A stretch of 64,000 bases of DNA from the NCBI GenBank assembly GCA_963805625.1, contig CAWDVE010000010.1, positions 224,001 to 288,000 of the forward strand, read 5' to 3'. Position numbers and translations under genes: made by a program. The notes under the pieces were generated by a model. That model worked only from the letters and a program-made list of their open reading frames with translations, was not told the DNA's origin and did no database searches. The DNA is from an uncultured Candidatus Rokubacteria bacterium. GTDB taxonomy: Bacteria > Methylomirabilota > Methylomirabilia > Rokubacteriales > DASRDR01. Shown here one piece after another: positions 40,699 to 52,777 of this stretch (position 1 is its first letter; every line of letters starts with the position of its first letter).

Positions 40699-41526
40699 AT
40701 GAGCGCCAAGTACACTCTGGGTGCGTATCTGCGTCGAGGCCGTGAGCGGTCTGGCCTCTCCGTAGACGCCGTCTCGGCCGGGAGCCGGATCGTGCCCCGC
40801 CTCGTGGATGCCCTCGAGTCGGACCGTCAGGATCTATTACCGGCTCCTGTCTATGTTCGCGGCTTCATCCGCGCCTACTGCGAGCAGATCGGCGCCGACG
40901 CGGACGAGGCTCTCCGCCTCTTCGACGAGCAGGCGGCTCCGCCCCCGTCGCTGACTGTCCCCGCCCTGCCTCCACGGACGCGGCCGTTGCCAGCCGTGCG
41001 GCGCTTGAGACGTGTCGCCGTGGTCTCGGTCCTGGCGGTGGTGCTCGGAGTCGTGGGGATCTTCATTCTTGGGCGCCGGCAGCCGGATGCCGTCGCCAGC
41101 CGGGGAGCGGGCGCCAGGGTGACCGCGTCGCGCTCTTCGACCGCGCCGCCGCCGGTGGAACGGGCCATGCCGGCACCGCGCGCGTCTTCCGCCGCTGTCA
41201 CCGCGCCGGCCGCTCCCGCACCGCCAGCGGCCGCGACGGCGGCCGTCGCGCCGGCCTCGAGCGTGCCGGGATCGGTCGAGCGAGTGCTTCTCGTGCGCGC
41301 GATCGACACCACGTGGGTGCGCGTCAAGCCCGACGGTGCCGGTCCGACCGAGGAGACGCTCTCACCCGGCTCCGTACGCGAGTGGCGGAGCCCCGGACGG
41401 TTCCACGTCACCCTCGGGAACGCGGGAGGCGTCGAGCTCGAGCTTGACGGTCGCGTGCTGCCCGCGCTGGGCGCGCCCGGTCAGGTGGTCCGGGACGCGA
41501 CCGTGCCGGGCGAGACCCAGCCGTGA
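40699..41526 (+). CDS. rodZ: RodZ-like cytoskeletal protein (HTH-TM-DUF4115)
   Basis: LGAYLRRGRE, YVRGFIRAYC, one TM, LGNAGGVEL; TGCTAAACT upstream. Confidence 0.85.
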   Translation: MSAKYTLGAYLRRGRERSGLSVDAVSAGSRIVPRLVDALESDRQDLLPAPVYVRGFIRAYCEQIGADADEALRLFDEQAAPPPSLTVPALPPRTRPLPAVRRLRRVAVVSVLAVVLGVVGIFILGRRQPDAVASRGAGARVTASRSSTAPPPVERAMPAPRASSAAVTAPAAPAPPAAATAAVAPASSVPGSVERVLLVRAIDTTWVRVKPDGAGPTEETLSPGSVREWRSPGRFHVTLGNAGGVELELDGRVLPALGAPGQVVRDATVPGETQP

Positions 41527-42440
41527 AGTTCCTGTCGGGACTCGCCGATCGCCTGAGAGACGGGCTCGGCAAGACGCGCGTTGCGCTCGAGGAGGGCTTC
41601 ACCCGCATCTTCCAGGGGCAGGAGCTCGAGGACGACACAGTGGAGGAGCTGGAATCGCTCCTTCTGCAGGCCGACCTCGGGCTCGACACCGCCGAGGGGT
41701 TCGTGGAGCGCGTCCGGGAGCAGGCCCGGCGCGGCAGGCTGACGGGCGGGGATGCCCGTCGCGCGCTGGCGGACCACCTGCGCGAGGCACTGGCTGGAGC
41801 CGGTGCGGCGCTCGATCTCGACGCGCGGCCCGCGGTCGTGCTGGTCGTCGGCGTCAACGGTTCCGGGAAGACGACGACCTGCGGGAAGCTCGCCTGGCGA
41901 CTCCGCCAGGAGGGACATGCGGTCCTTCTCGGGGCGGGCGACACGTTTCGGGCCGCGGCGATCGACCAGCTCGAGCGCTGGGGTGAACGGATCGGCGTGC
42001 CGGTGGTGAGCCAGGGCCCCGGGGCGGATCCGTCGGCGGTAGCCTTCGATGCCGTGAAGGCCGCGCAGGCCCGCGGGTCCGAGGTCCTGATCGTGGACAC
42101 CGCCGGCCGGCTTCACACGAAGTCGAACCTCATGGCGGAGCTGGCCAAAGTCAAGCGCGTGATCGGCCGTCAATGCGCGGGCGCGCCTCACGAGGTGCTC
42201 CTCGTCCTGGACGCGACCACGGGCCAGAACGGCATCGCCCAGGCGCGGGTCTTCCACGAGGGCCTCGGGCTGACGGGTCTCGTGCTCACGAAGCTCGACG
42301 GCACCGCGAAGGGCGGGATCGTCATCCGGATCTACCGCGAGCTCGGCGTGCCCATCAAGCTCGTGGCGACGGGCGAGAAGGCCGATGATCTAGCGACGTT
42401 CGACCCCGACGCGTACGTCGACGCGCTGGTCGGAGCCTGA
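41523..42440 (+). CDS. ftsY: SRP receptor FtsY
   Basis: GVNGSGKTTT, DTFRAAA, DTAGR, TKLDGTAKGG. Confidence 0.97.
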   Translation: MKFLSGLADRLRDGLGKTRVALEEGFTRIFQGQELEDDTVEELESLLLQADLGLDTAEGFVERVREQARRGRLTGGDARRALADHLREALAGAGAALDLDARPAVVLVVGVNGSGKTTTCGKLAWRLRQEGHAVLLGAGDTFRAAAIDQLERWGERIGVPVVSQGPGADPSAVAFDAVKAAQARGSEVLIVDTAGRLHTKSNLMAELAKVKRVIGRQCAGAPHEVLLVLDATTGQNGIAQARVFHEGLGLTGLVLTKLDGTAKGGIVIRIYRELGVPIKLVATGEKADDLATFDPDAYVDALVGA

Positions 42441-42441
42441 C

Positions 42442-43566
42442 GTGCAGTCGCACGCCCCCGTCGCGGCAGACGACCGCGACGCCCTGTGGATGGACCGGGC
42501 CCTGCGGCTTGCCGAGCGGGGCATCGGACTGACGTCGCCGAATCCCGCGGTCGGCGCGGTGCTGGTCAAGGACCAGCGGGTCGTCGGCGAGGGCGCGCAC
42601 CTCCGAGCCGGGGGCCCCCATGCCGAGGCCGCGGCGCTGGATGCGGCTGGCCCGGCTGCGCGCGGCGCGACCTGCTACGTGACGCTCGAGCCGTGCGCCC
42701 ACTTCGGGCGCACGCCGCCGTGCGCGGACGCGCTCGTGCGGGCGGGCGTCGCGCGGGTCGTGGCGGCCGTCGGCGACCCGCATCCGGAGGTCGACGGACG
42801 CGGTCTGGCGCGGCTCCAGGCGGCCGGCGTGAGCGTCACGGTGGGCGTCCGCGAGGCCGAGGCTCGCGCGCTGAATCGCGCGTTCCTGTGCGCGGTGACG
42901 GAAGGCCGGCCGCACGTCACGCTCAAGGCGGCCATGACGCTCGACGGCAAGATCGCCGGGGCGGACGGGGTGTCCCGGTGGATCACGGGGGAGGCGGCGC
43001 GGCTCGAGGGGCACCGGTTCAGGTTCGCCGCGGACGCCGTCCTCGTGGGGATCGGCACGGTGCTGGCCGACGATCCCCAGCTCACGGTGCGGCACCCGGG
43101 GCTGCCTACGAAGGAGCCGTTCCGGGTCGTCGTCGACAGCCGGCTGCGCATTCCGGGCGACGCCCGCGTCCTTCGCTCGGGCGATCCTGCGCGTGCTCTC
43201 GTTGCCTGCGTCGGCCCGGCGCCCGCTGGCCCCGCCGCGGTGCTGCGGGCCCAGGGCGTTCGGGTCCTCGAGCTGCCGGCGGACTCGGGCCGCGTGGATC
43301 TCCGCGCCCTCCTCGGGGCGCTGCGAGCGCTGGACGTGATCGCGGTGCTTGCCGAGGGAGGTGGAGAGCTCGGCGGCGCGCTCGCGGACGCCGGGCTCGT
43401 CGACCGCGTGGCCTTCTTCGTGGCGCCCCGGCTTCTGGGGGGGCGGGAGGCCCCCGGGCCACTCGGGGGTCGCGGGCGCCCGCTGAAGGAAGCCCTCGCG
43501 CTGGTCGACGTCGTCATACGCCGGCTCGACGACGACCTGCTCGTCGAGGCCGACGTCCAGCGCTAG
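42442..43566 (+). CDS. ribD: Riboflavin biosynthesis deaminase/reductase
   Basis: PNPAVG, HAE, TLEPCAHFGRTPPC, SRWITG, EGGG. Confidence 0.96.
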   Translation: MQSHAPVAADDRDALWMDRALRLAERGIGLTSPNPAVGAVLVKDQRVVGEGAHLRAGGPHAEAAALDAAGPAARGATCYVTLEPCAHFGRTPPCADALVRAGVARVVAAVGDPHPEVDGRGLARLQAAGVSVTVGVREAEARALNRAFLCAVTEGRPHVTLKAAMTLDGKIAGADGVSRWITGEAARLEGHRFRFAADAVLVGIGTVLADDPQLTVRHPGLPTKEPFRVVVDSRLRIPGDARVLRSGDPARALVACVGPAPAGPAAVLRAQGVRVLELPADSGRVDLRALLGALRALDVIAVLAEGGGELGGALADAGLVDRVAFFVAPRLLGGREAPGPLGGRGRPLKEALALVDVVIRRLDDDLLVEADVQR

Positions 43567-43569
43567 ACC

Positions 43570-44211
43570 ATGTTCACGGGGATCGTCGAGGCGCTCGGCC
43601 GGGTTGGAGGGCTGGAGACCGCGGGGGACGGGCGGCGGCTCAGGGTGGCGGTGCCGGATGAATCCGGCTGGCGGCTCGGGCTCGGGGAGAGCGTGGCGGT
43701 CAGCGGAGTCTGCCTCACGGTGGTGGACGCGCCGCCGGGCGAGCTCGCGTTCGATCTCGCCGAGGAAACGCTGCGCGTGACGACCCTGGGCGGCCTGGGC
43801 ATCGGCGATCCGGTGAACCTGGAGCGGCCCCTCCGGTTCGACGGGCGGCTCGGGGGCCATTTGGTGCTGGGGCACGTCGACGGCGTGGGGCGGGTCACGG
43901 CGGTCCGACCGGAAGGCGACGGCGCGCGAGTGGACGTGGAGGTGCCCGCGCGCCTCAGACCGCTCCTGATCCCGAAGGGCTCGATCACGGTCGACGGTGT
44001 GAGCCTCACCGTGGCGGCCCTCGAGGAGGAAGTCTTCGCGGTCGCGCTCATTCCGCACACACTAGCGGTGACGACGCTGGGTCAGCGCCGGCCCGGCGAT
44101 CCGGTCAACCTGGAGATGGACGTGATCGGGAAGTACGTGCGAGGCTTTGTGCAGCAGTGGCAGGAGTGGCAGGAGTCGCCGCAGCGGGGCGTGGCGAGGA
44201 GGGAGTCATGA
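43570..44211 (+). CDS. ribE: Riboflavin synthase (alpha chain)
   Basis: [35 protein letters not shown]. Confidence 0.96.
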   Translation: MFTGIVEALGRVGGLETAGDGRRLRVAVPDESGWRLGLGESVAVSGVCLTVVDAPPGELAFDLAEETLRVTTLGGLGIGDPVNLERPLRFDGRLGGHLVLGHVDGVGRVTAVRPEGDGARVDVEVPARLRPLLIPKGSITVDGVSLTVAALEEEVFAVALIPHTLAVTTLGQRRPGDPVNLEMDVIGKYVRGFVQQWQEWQESPQRGVARRES

Positions 44212-45443
44212 TCGAGAGCGAGCGTGGCGGGGAGCGGCCCGGCTTCGCGACGATCGAGGCAGCGATCGACGATGTCCGCCAGGGGCGGATGATCCTCGTC
44301 GTCGACGACGAGGACCGCGAGAACGAGGGTGACCTCGTCATGGCCGCCGACCGGGTGACTCCGGAGGCCGTCAACTTCATGGCCAAGCACGGGCGTGGCC
44401 TGATCTGTGTCCCCATGACGGGCGAGCGTCTGGACGATCTCCGCATCAACATGATGGTGACCGACAACACGGCGCCCATGGGGACGGCCTTCACGGTAAC
44501 CGTGGACGCCAAGCGCGGCGTCACGACCGGGACCTCGGCGTACGACCGGGCGCTGACGGTCCGGGCGCTCGTCGATCCCGCCACGCTCCCGGAGGACCTT
44601 GCGCGTCCCGGCCACATCCTGCCGCTCAGGTCGATGCCTGGAGGCGTGCTGCGGCGAGCGGGCCACACCGAGGCGGCCGTGGACCTCGCCCGGTTCGCCG
44701 GCTGCTCGCCGGCAGGCGTGATCTGCGAGATCATGGACGAACAGGGGGAGATGGCGCGCCTCCCGGAGCTCACCGCGCTGGCGGCGCGGTACGACCTCCG
44801 GATGATCACCATCAAGGATCTCATCCGGTACCGCATCCAGAAGGACAAGCTGGTTCGGCGAGCTGCGACCACGCTCCTGCCGACGGTGTACGGGCCCTTC
44901 GGGGCCATTGCCTACGAGACCACGGTGGACGACCGCGTGGTCCTGGCGCTGACGATGGGCGAAGTCCGGGGGGACGACCCCGTCTTGGTGCGGATGCACT
45001 CGGAGTGTCTCTCCGGAGATGTCTTCCGGTCGCAGCGCTGCGACTGCGGGGACCAGCTCGCCAAGGCGCTCACCATCATCGCTGGCGCGGGTCGCGGCGT
45101 GCTGGTCTACCTCCGGCAGGAGGGACGCGGCATCGGCCTCCTGAACAAGATGCGCGCCTACGAGCTGCAGGACCAGGGGAAGGACACGGTGGAGGCCAAC
45201 GAGGCGCTGGGCTTCAAGGCGGACCTCCGTGACTACGGCATCGGCGCGCAGATCCTCGTCGACCTCGGCATCCGCTCCATGCGGCTCCTCACCAACAACC
45301 CCAAGAAGATCGTGGGGCTGGAGGGCTACGGCCTCCACGTCGTCGAGCGGGTGCCGATCGAGGTGCCGCCCTCCGAGGCGAACCGGTTCTACCTCAGGAC
45401 CAAGCACGACAAGCTGGGTCATCTCTTCTCGGACCGCCCCTAG
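44208..45443 (+). CDS. ribBA: Bifunctional DHBP synthase / GTP cyclohydrolase II
   Basis: [42 protein letters not shown]. Confidence 0.97.
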   Translation: MIESERGGERPGFATIEAAIDDVRQGRMILVVDDEDRENEGDLVMAADRVTPEAVNFMAKHGRGLICVPMTGERLDDLRINMMVTDNTAPMGTAFTVTVDAKRGVTTGTSAYDRALTVRALVDPATLPEDLARPGHILPLRSMPGGVLRRAGHTEAAVDLARFAGCSPAGVICEIMDEQGEMARLPELTALAARYDLRMITIKDLIRYRIQKDKLVRRAATTLLPTVYGPFGAIAYETTVDDRVVLALTMGEVRGDDPVLVRMHSECLSGDVFRSQRCDCGDQLAKALTIIAGAGRGVLVYLRQEGRGIGLLNKMRAYELQDQGKDTVEANEALGFKADLRDYGIGAQILVDLGIRSMRLLTNNPKKIVGLEGYGLHVVERVPIEVPPSEANRFYLRTKHDKLGHLFSDRP

Positions 45444-45449
45444 GCCGCG

Positions 45450-45968
45450 ATGGCTGGCACCGCTCCCTCCGCCAAGCCTCGCCTTCGGGCTCCCGGGCGA
45501 CGCGTGGCGATCGTGGCCTCGCGCTTTCACGAGGACATCAGCGAGCGCCTCGTGGCCGGCGCGCGCGCCGCGCTCCTGCGTCACGGTGTCCGGGAGGGCG
45601 ACATGCGCATCATCTGGGTGCCGGGCGCCTTCGAGCTGCCCCAGGCCGCGGGGCGCCTCGCCGGCGCCGGAGATGTCGATGCCCTGGTGTGCGTCGGCTG
45701 CGTGATCCGCGGGGAGACGCCGCACTTCGAGTACGTGGCGGGCGAGGCTGCCCGTGGCATCTCGGAGGTGGGACGGTCGACCGGTGTGCCGACCACGTTC
45801 GGCCTGATCACGGCCAACACGCGGGAACAGGCGGAGGCGCGGGCGGGCGGCGCCGTCGGCAACCGGGGCGAGGAGGCGGCCCTCGCGGCGCTCGAGCTCC
45901 TGATGCTGTTCGCGGACCTCCGGCGCTCGAAGCGGCGGCGAGCGCCCGCGCGGCGGCGCACGCGCTAG
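45450..45968 (+). CDS. ribH: Lumazine synthase
   Basis: VPGAFELP, GCVIRGETPHFEYV. Confidence 0.96.
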   Translation: MAGTAPSAKPRLRAPGRRVAIVASRFHEDISERLVAGARAALLRHGVREGDMRIIWVPGAFELPQAAGRLAGAGDVDALVCVGCVIRGETPHFEYVAGEAARGISEVGRSTGVPTTFGLITANTREQAEARAGGAVGNRGEEAALAALELLMLFADLRRSKRRRAPARRRTR

Positions 45969-45971
45969 GCC

Positions 45972-46382
45972 GTGGGGCGCCGGCGCCAGGCTCGCGAGTT
46001 CGCGCTCCAGCTCCTCTACGAGCTGGATGTCCGGGGTGACTCGGATCCCGGGCCCGTGATCGACGCGTTCTGGCGACGGCAGCCGGCTCACGACGAGGTG
46101 CGGATGTTCGCCGACGCCCTGGTCCGAGGCGTCAAGGCCCACCAGCCCAAGATCGACGAGCTGATCGCGAGGTTCGCCGAGCACTGGGAGCTCGACCGGA
46201 TGGCGGTGGTGGACCGGAACCTCCTGCGGGCCGGGATCTGGGAGCTGCTCTGGGGCGCCGACGTCCCGCCCAAGGTCGCCATCAACGAGGCGCTCGAGAT
46301 CGCGCGGCGCTTCTCGACCGAGGAGTCTACCCGCTTCGTCAACGGGCTCCTCGACCGGGTGCGGCGGGAGCTCTGCCCGTAG
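45972..46382 (+). CDS. nusB: Transcription antitermination factor NusB
   Basis: RRQARE.ALQLLY, VDRNLLR, AINEA, FVNGLLD. Confidence 0.96.
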   Translation: MGRRRQAREFALQLLYELDVRGDSDPGPVIDAFWRRQPAHDEVRMFADALVRGVKAHQPKIDELIARFAEHWELDRMAVVDRNLLRAGIWELLWGADVPPKVAINEALEIARRFSTEESTRFVNGLLDRVRRELCP

Positions 46383-46402
46383 GGTCGCTCCCTCGACCGC
46401 AG

Positions 46403-47956
46403 GTGATGGGCGTCGGCCCCGTCGCGGCGGGCGACGCCCGGCCGGCCGAGCGCGCGCGGCGACTCGTCGTCGCGGCGGTCGCCGGCTTTGCCATGCACCT
46501 GGCGTTTCCCCGGCCGGGCTGGGATCTCTTGGGGTGGGCCGCTCTCGCGCCGGTGCTTGCCCTGGCGGCCACGGCCGCCACGCCCCGGCGGGCCTTCCTC
46601 GAGGGCTGGGTGGCGGGCCTGGTCTTCTACCTCCCGCTCCTGCGCTGGTTGACCCACACGATGACGACCTTCTCCACGATGACCATGCCGATCGCCGTCC
46701 TCGTCCTCCTCGCGCTCGCGGGCTACCTCGCGCTTTTCTGGGGCGGCGTGGCGTGGGGGCTCGCCTGGTTTCGGGGACGGCTCGGCGCCGGAGCGCTCTG
46801 GCTCGCGCCCGCGCTGTGGGTGGTGGGAGAGCTGGGACGCACCTACTTGCTCGGCGGGTTCCCGTGGGGCCTTCTCGGCTACGTTCCGTCGCGGCGCCTC
46901 CTCGTGATCCAGATCGCGGCGTGGACCGGCGTGTACGGTGTGTCCGCCCTCCTGGTGCTGGTCAACACCGCGCTCGCGTGGGCTGCGGTCGAAAGGCGCT
47001 GGCGGGCGGCCGGGCTCTCCCTCGCCGGCGCGGCGGTGGTCGGCACGCTCCTGGTGGGCCATGCGCATCTCGCGCCGGTGGACGCGCCGACGCTGCCGAT
47101 CGCCGTGGTGCAGGGGAACATCCCGCAATCCGTGAAGTGGGACGCCGCGTTCAAGGCGGAGACGCTTCGCATCTACGGCGAGCTGACGCGCGCCGTCGCC
47201 CCCGGAAGCCGGCTCGTGGTGTGGCCGGAGGCCGCCGTGCCCGCCTACGTCCGCTTCGAGCCGGACGCGCTGCGCTGGCTGACCGATCTGGCGGCTGGAG
47301 TGCGCGTCCCGCTCCTCGTCGGCGTGCCCGACGCGGAGACCGACGGGCGCAGAGTGCGCTACCTGAACAGCGCCTTCCTGGTGGAGTCGGCGGGCGTGCG
47401 CGCACGCTATGATAAGATGCACTTGGTGCCGTTCGGGGAATACGTGCCCCTGAAGCGGCTCCTCTTTTTCGTGGAGGCGATCGCCGCCGAGATCGGGGAC
47501 TTCACGCCCGGCCGGCAGGTGACGATTCTCCCGCTGGAGGGCACGCCGTTCGGCACGGTCATCTGCTACGAGGTCATCTTCCCCGGTCTGTTCCGGCGGT
47601 TCGTCGCGGAGGGCGCGAGCTTCATGACCAACATCACCAATGATGCGTGGTTCGGCGACTCGGGCGGCCCGCTGCAGCATCTGGCGATGGTGCCGCTCCG
47701 GGCTGTCGAGAACCGGATCGCGATCGTGCGCGCCGCCAACACCGGCGTGTCGGCGTTCGTGCTTCCGTCTGGGGCGATCCAGAGCATCCTGCCGCTCGGA
47801 GTTCGGGGCACCCTTCGGGCCGAGGTGCCGGTCCGGCGCGGGTACACCTTCTACGCGCGCTTCGGCGACGTCTTCGCCTACGCCTGCGCGGCGATATCGG
47901 GCGCCGCTCTCGTGGGCGGCCTCGCCGCGGGCCGGCGGAGCTCGCGCCGTGCTTAG
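46403..47956 (+). CDS. lnt: Apolipoprotein N-acyltransferase
   Basis: GFPW, VQGNI, WPEAA, YDKMHLVPFGEY, ICYE, TNDAWF, RAANTG. Confidence 0.95.
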   Translation: MMGVGPVAAGDARPAERARRLVVAAVAGFAMHLAFPRPGWDLLGWAALAPVLALAATAATPRRAFLEGWVAGLVFYLPLLRWLTHTMTTFSTMTMPIAVLVLLALAGYLALFWGGVAWGLAWFRGRLGAGALWLAPALWVVGELGRTYLLGGFPWGLLGYVPSRRLLVIQIAAWTGVYGVSALLVLVNTALAWAAVERRWRAAGLSLAGAAVVGTLLVGHAHLAPVDAPTLPIAVVQGNIPQSVKWDAAFKAETLRIYGELTRAVAPGSRLVVWPEAAVPAYVRFEPDALRWLTDLAAGVRVPLLVGVPDAETDGRRVRYLNSAFLVESAGVRARYDKMHLVPFGEYVPLKRLLFFVEAIAAEIGDFTPGRQVTILPLEGTPFGTVICYEVIFPGLFRRFVAEGASFMTNITNDAWFGDSGGPLQHLAMVPLRAVENRIAIVRAANTGVSAFVLPSGAIQSILPLGVRGTLRAEVPVRRGYTFYARFGDVFAYACAAISGAALVGGLAAGRRSSRRA

Positions 47957-49044
47957 CGAGCTCCGGCGCGAGCTCTCGGACGTCGAGCGGCGGCTCGACG
48001 ACCTCCGGGGGCATCTTTGACCTCGCCTCGAAAGAGACGCGCATCGCCGCCATCGACGCGGAGATGGCGAGCGCGGGATTCTGGGACGACACGCGGCGCG
48101 CCCAGGGGCTCGTCCGCGAGCGCAATGACCTCTCGCGCCTGGTCGGACGGACGGGGGAGCTTGCGCGCGAGCTCGGAGACATCCGCACCCTCTGGGAGAT
48201 GGCGCTCGAGGAGGGTGACGAGAGTCTCGAGTCGGAGATCCAGTCGAGCCTCCAGCGCCTTCGCAAGGAGCTGCACGACTTCGAGCTGACCGTCGTCCTG
48301 TCCGGAGATCACGACCGGAAGAATGCCATCTTCTCCATCCACGCCGGGGCTGGTGGCACCGAGTCGCAGGACTGGGCGCAGATGCTCCTCCGCATGTACA
48401 CCCGCTGGACGGAGCGGCGCGGCTACAAGGTCGAGGTGGTCGACATGCTCCCGGGCGATGAGGCCGGGATCAAGTCGGCGACGCTCGAGATCACCGGCGA
48501 GTACGCCTACGGGTATCTGAAAGGCGAGACCGGGGTCCACCGGCTGGTGCGGATCTCGCCCTTCGACGCCGCCAAGCGCCGGCACACGTCCTTCGCGTCG
48601 GTCTCGGTCATGCCGGAAGTCGAGGACATCGAGGTCGTCGTCCGGGACGACGAGCTTCGCGTGGACGTCTTCCGGTCGTCCGGCCCCGGCGGCCAGGGCG
48701 TCAACACGGCGGACTCAGCCGTGCGGATCACCCATCTGCCCTCGGGGATCGTGGTGTCGTGCCAGAATGAGCGCTCGCAGCTCCGGAACCGCGACACCGC
48801 CATGCGGGTGCTCCGGGCGCGGCTCTACCAGATCGCGGACCAGAAGCGGAAGACAGAGCTCGACCAGCTGACTGGGGACAAGAAGGACATCGCGTTCGGG
48901 AGCCAGATCCGCTCGTACGTGTTTGCCCCTTACCAGCTGATCAAGGACCACCGGACGAATGTGGAGATCGGCAACGTGGATGCGGTGATGGACGGCGACA
49001 TCGATCCGTTCATCGAGGCGTTCCTGTTCTCGGGGCGGAAGTAG
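47949..49044 (+). CDS. prfB: Peptide chain release factor 2 with programmed +1 frameshift
   Basis: ORF0 from GTG 47949 ends CTT-TGA-C at 48015-48021; the +1 frame carries SPF and GGQ motifs. Confidence 0.96.
48006..48021 (+). promoter_or_regulatory. prfB frameshift cassette
   Basis: CGGGGG-CAT-CTT-TGA-C: internal SD-like sequence, slippery codon and UGA. Confidence 0.92.
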
Positions 49045-49052
49045 AGACGACC

Positions 49053-50609
<1,557 letters not shown>

Positions 50610-50613
50610 CCCC

Positions 50614-51849
50614 ATGGGGTCCAAGGCACGTGGACTGCCCTTCGAGCTCCTCATCGGGCTCCGGTACCTCCGGTCGAAGGGCGGGCGTGGGTTCCTCTCC
50701 CTCCTCACGCTGATCGCGATGACCGGGATGGCGATCGGGGTCATGGCGCTCATCGTGGTCCTGGCGGTCATGTCGGGTTTCGAAGACGAGCTGCGGAGCA
50801 AGATCCTGGGGACGACCTCGCACATCCTCGTGATGGACGCGGGCGGCCGCGGCATCGAGGATCCCACGCGCGCCCTGGGGCTCATCCGGGCGCACCCTGA
50901 CGTCCGGTCCGCGGCGCCGTTCGTCCTGCAGCAGGTGATGCTGTCGCACGGGGAGTACGCGACGGGCGTGGTGCTGCGGGGGATCGATCCGGAGGCCGAG
51001 CGGCGGGAGCTCCAGCAACGGGTGAAGCAGGGGAGCCTGGCCGATCTCGCGGGCCCGGAGGCGACGATCGCTCTCGGCCGTGAGCTGGCGCGGACACTCG
51101 GGGCGTTCGTCGGCGACACGGTGGTCGCGATCTCGCCCCGCGGCGCGGTCACGGCGGTCGGGACCATCCCCAAGATGCGCCCCCTCCGCGTCGTCGCCAT
51201 CTTCGAGATCGGCCTCTACGAGTACGACTCCGCGCTCGCGTACACTTCCATCGCGACGTCGCAGCAGTTTGCGGATCTGGGGGGGCGAGTGTCCGGCATC
51301 GAGGTTCGCCTGGCCGACGTCTACCGGGCACGCCGGGTGTCCCGGGAGCTCGGCTCGACGCTGGGCTTGCCCTACTGGACCCGGGACTGGACCGAGATGA
51401 ACCGCAACCTCTTCTCGGCGATCCAGCTCGAGAAGATGGCGATGTTCGTGATCCTGACGCTGATCATCTTCGTGGCCGCGTTTGCGATCATCAGCCACCT
51501 CATCCTGATGGTCGCCGAGAAGCGCCGGGAGATCGGCGTGCTCCGCGCGCTCGGGGCCTCTGGCCGCAGCATCACGCTCGTGTTCATGGCCGAGGGGGTG
51601 CTGATCGGGCTGGTCGGGACCGTGGTGGGAACGGTCCTTGGTCTCACGATCGGACTCGTCCAGGACCGGTACCACCTCGTGAAGATCCCCGGTGACGTGT
51701 ACCAGCTCTCGGAGCTTCCGATGAAGATGCACCCGCCGGAGATGATCTTGATCGCGGTAGCGGCCCTGGGCCTCTCCTTCCTGGCGACGATCTATCCCTC
51801 GCGCCAGGCCGCCCGCCTCCACCCGGTGGACGTGCTCCGGTATGAGTGA
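50614..51849 (+). CDS. lolE: Lipoprotein-releasing ABC permease LolC/E
   Basis: IGVMALIVVLAVMSGF, EKRREIGVLRALGA, YPSRQAA...LRYE; single lolC/E-type gene. Confidence 0.88.
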   Translation: MGSKARGLPFELLIGLRYLRSKGGRGFLSLLTLIAMTGMAIGVMALIVVLAVMSGFEDELRSKILGTTSHILVMDAGGRGIEDPTRALGLIRAHPDVRSAAPFVLQQVMLSHGEYATGVVLRGIDPEAERRELQQRVKQGSLADLAGPEATIALGRELARTLGAFVGDTVVAISPRGAVTAVGTIPKMRPLRVVAIFEIGLYEYDSALAYTSIATSQQFADLGGRVSGIEVRLADVYRARRVSRELGSTLGLPYWTRDWTEMNRNLFSAIQLEKMAMFVILTLIIFVAAFAIISHLILMVAEKRREIGVLRALGASGRSITLVFMAEGVLIGLVGTVVGTVLGLTIGLVQDRYHLVKIPGDVYQLSELPMKMHPPEMILIAVAALGLSFLATIYPSRQAARLHPVDVLRYE

Positions 51850-52585
51850 GACCGAGGGGTCTCCCGGTCCCGAGCGCCCGCGCAGCGCCGATCTCAGTGG
51901 CGAGCGGACCCCGCTGCTGGTCGCCGAGGGGGTCGAGAAGGAATACCGCAGCAAGGCCGAGCCCCTGCGCGTGCTCAAGGGCGTGAACCTGACCGTACAC
52001 GAGGCCGAGCTGGTCGCGGTGGTGGGAGCTTCGGGTGTCGGCAAGTCGACGCTGCTCCACGTCCTGGGGGCGCTGGACCGCCCCACCGTCGGATCGGTGT
52101 GGTTCCGCGGCCAGGACCTCTTCGCGCGATCCGAGGCGGAGCTGACCCGTTTCCGACGTGAGGAGGTCGGCTTCGTCTTCCAACTCTACAATCTGCTGAC
52201 GGATTTCACTGCGCTCGAGAATGCGATGCTCCCGGCGCTCATCCAGCGCCGGCCCGCGGCGGAGGCCCGCAGCCTGGCCATGGACGCCCTCCGGGAGGTG
52301 GGACTCCTCGAGCGTGTCGCCCACCGACCCGGCGAGCTGTCCGGGGGTGAGCAGCAGCGCGTCGCCCTAGCGAGGGCGCTCGTGGGCCGGCCGGCCATGG
52401 TCCTGGCCGACGAGCCCACCGGCAATCTCGATCCCAAGACGAGCCAGGACGTCTTCGAGCTGTTCGCCCGTCTTCAGGCCGAGCGCGGGGTGGCCTTCGT
52501 CATCGCCACGCACAACCTGGACCTGGCGCGGCGCGCCGACCGCGTCGTCCGGCTCGTGGACGGGCGCGCGATCATCGAGGCCTGA
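51842..52585 (+). CDS. lolD: Lipoprotein-releasing ABC ATPase
   Basis: [26 protein letters not shown]. Confidence 0.92.
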   Translation: MSETEGSPGPERPRSADLSGERTPLLVAEGVEKEYRSKAEPLRVLKGVNLTVHEAELVAVVGASGVGKSTLLHVLGALDRPTVGSVWFRGQDLFARSEAELTRFRREEVGFVFQLYNLLTDFTALENAMLPALIQRRPAAEARSLAMDALREVGLLERVAHRPGELSGGEQQRVALARALVGRPAMVLADEPTGNLDPKTSQDVFELFARLQAERGVAFVIATHNLDLARRADRVVRLVDGRAIIEA

Positions 52586-52676
52586 CGCCCACCCGATTCC
52601 GGGGGGTCGTACGGGGGCCAATCCCCTCTAAGTACCGGTCGGATGGTTGAAAATTTCCATGGCGTCTTCTCGGGCC

Positions 52677-52685
52677 ATGTATAAT
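52677..52685 (+). promoter_or_regulatory. -10 element upstream of clpC
   Basis: ATGTATAAT in an AT-richer intergenic region. Confidence 0.5.
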
Positions 52686-52777
52686 GACGCTCGGGAGTTG
52701 GCGAGCGCGTCCACTACCGATAAAGGGGCGCTTCGCCCGGCCGCCTGGCGCCAGGACGCCGGGCTGGAGGAGGCCAC

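Noticed and set aside
44152-44178. TGGCAGGAG repeated at the 3' end of ribE (QQWQEWQES)
   Set aside because: Short in-frame duplication in a variable tail; no evident function
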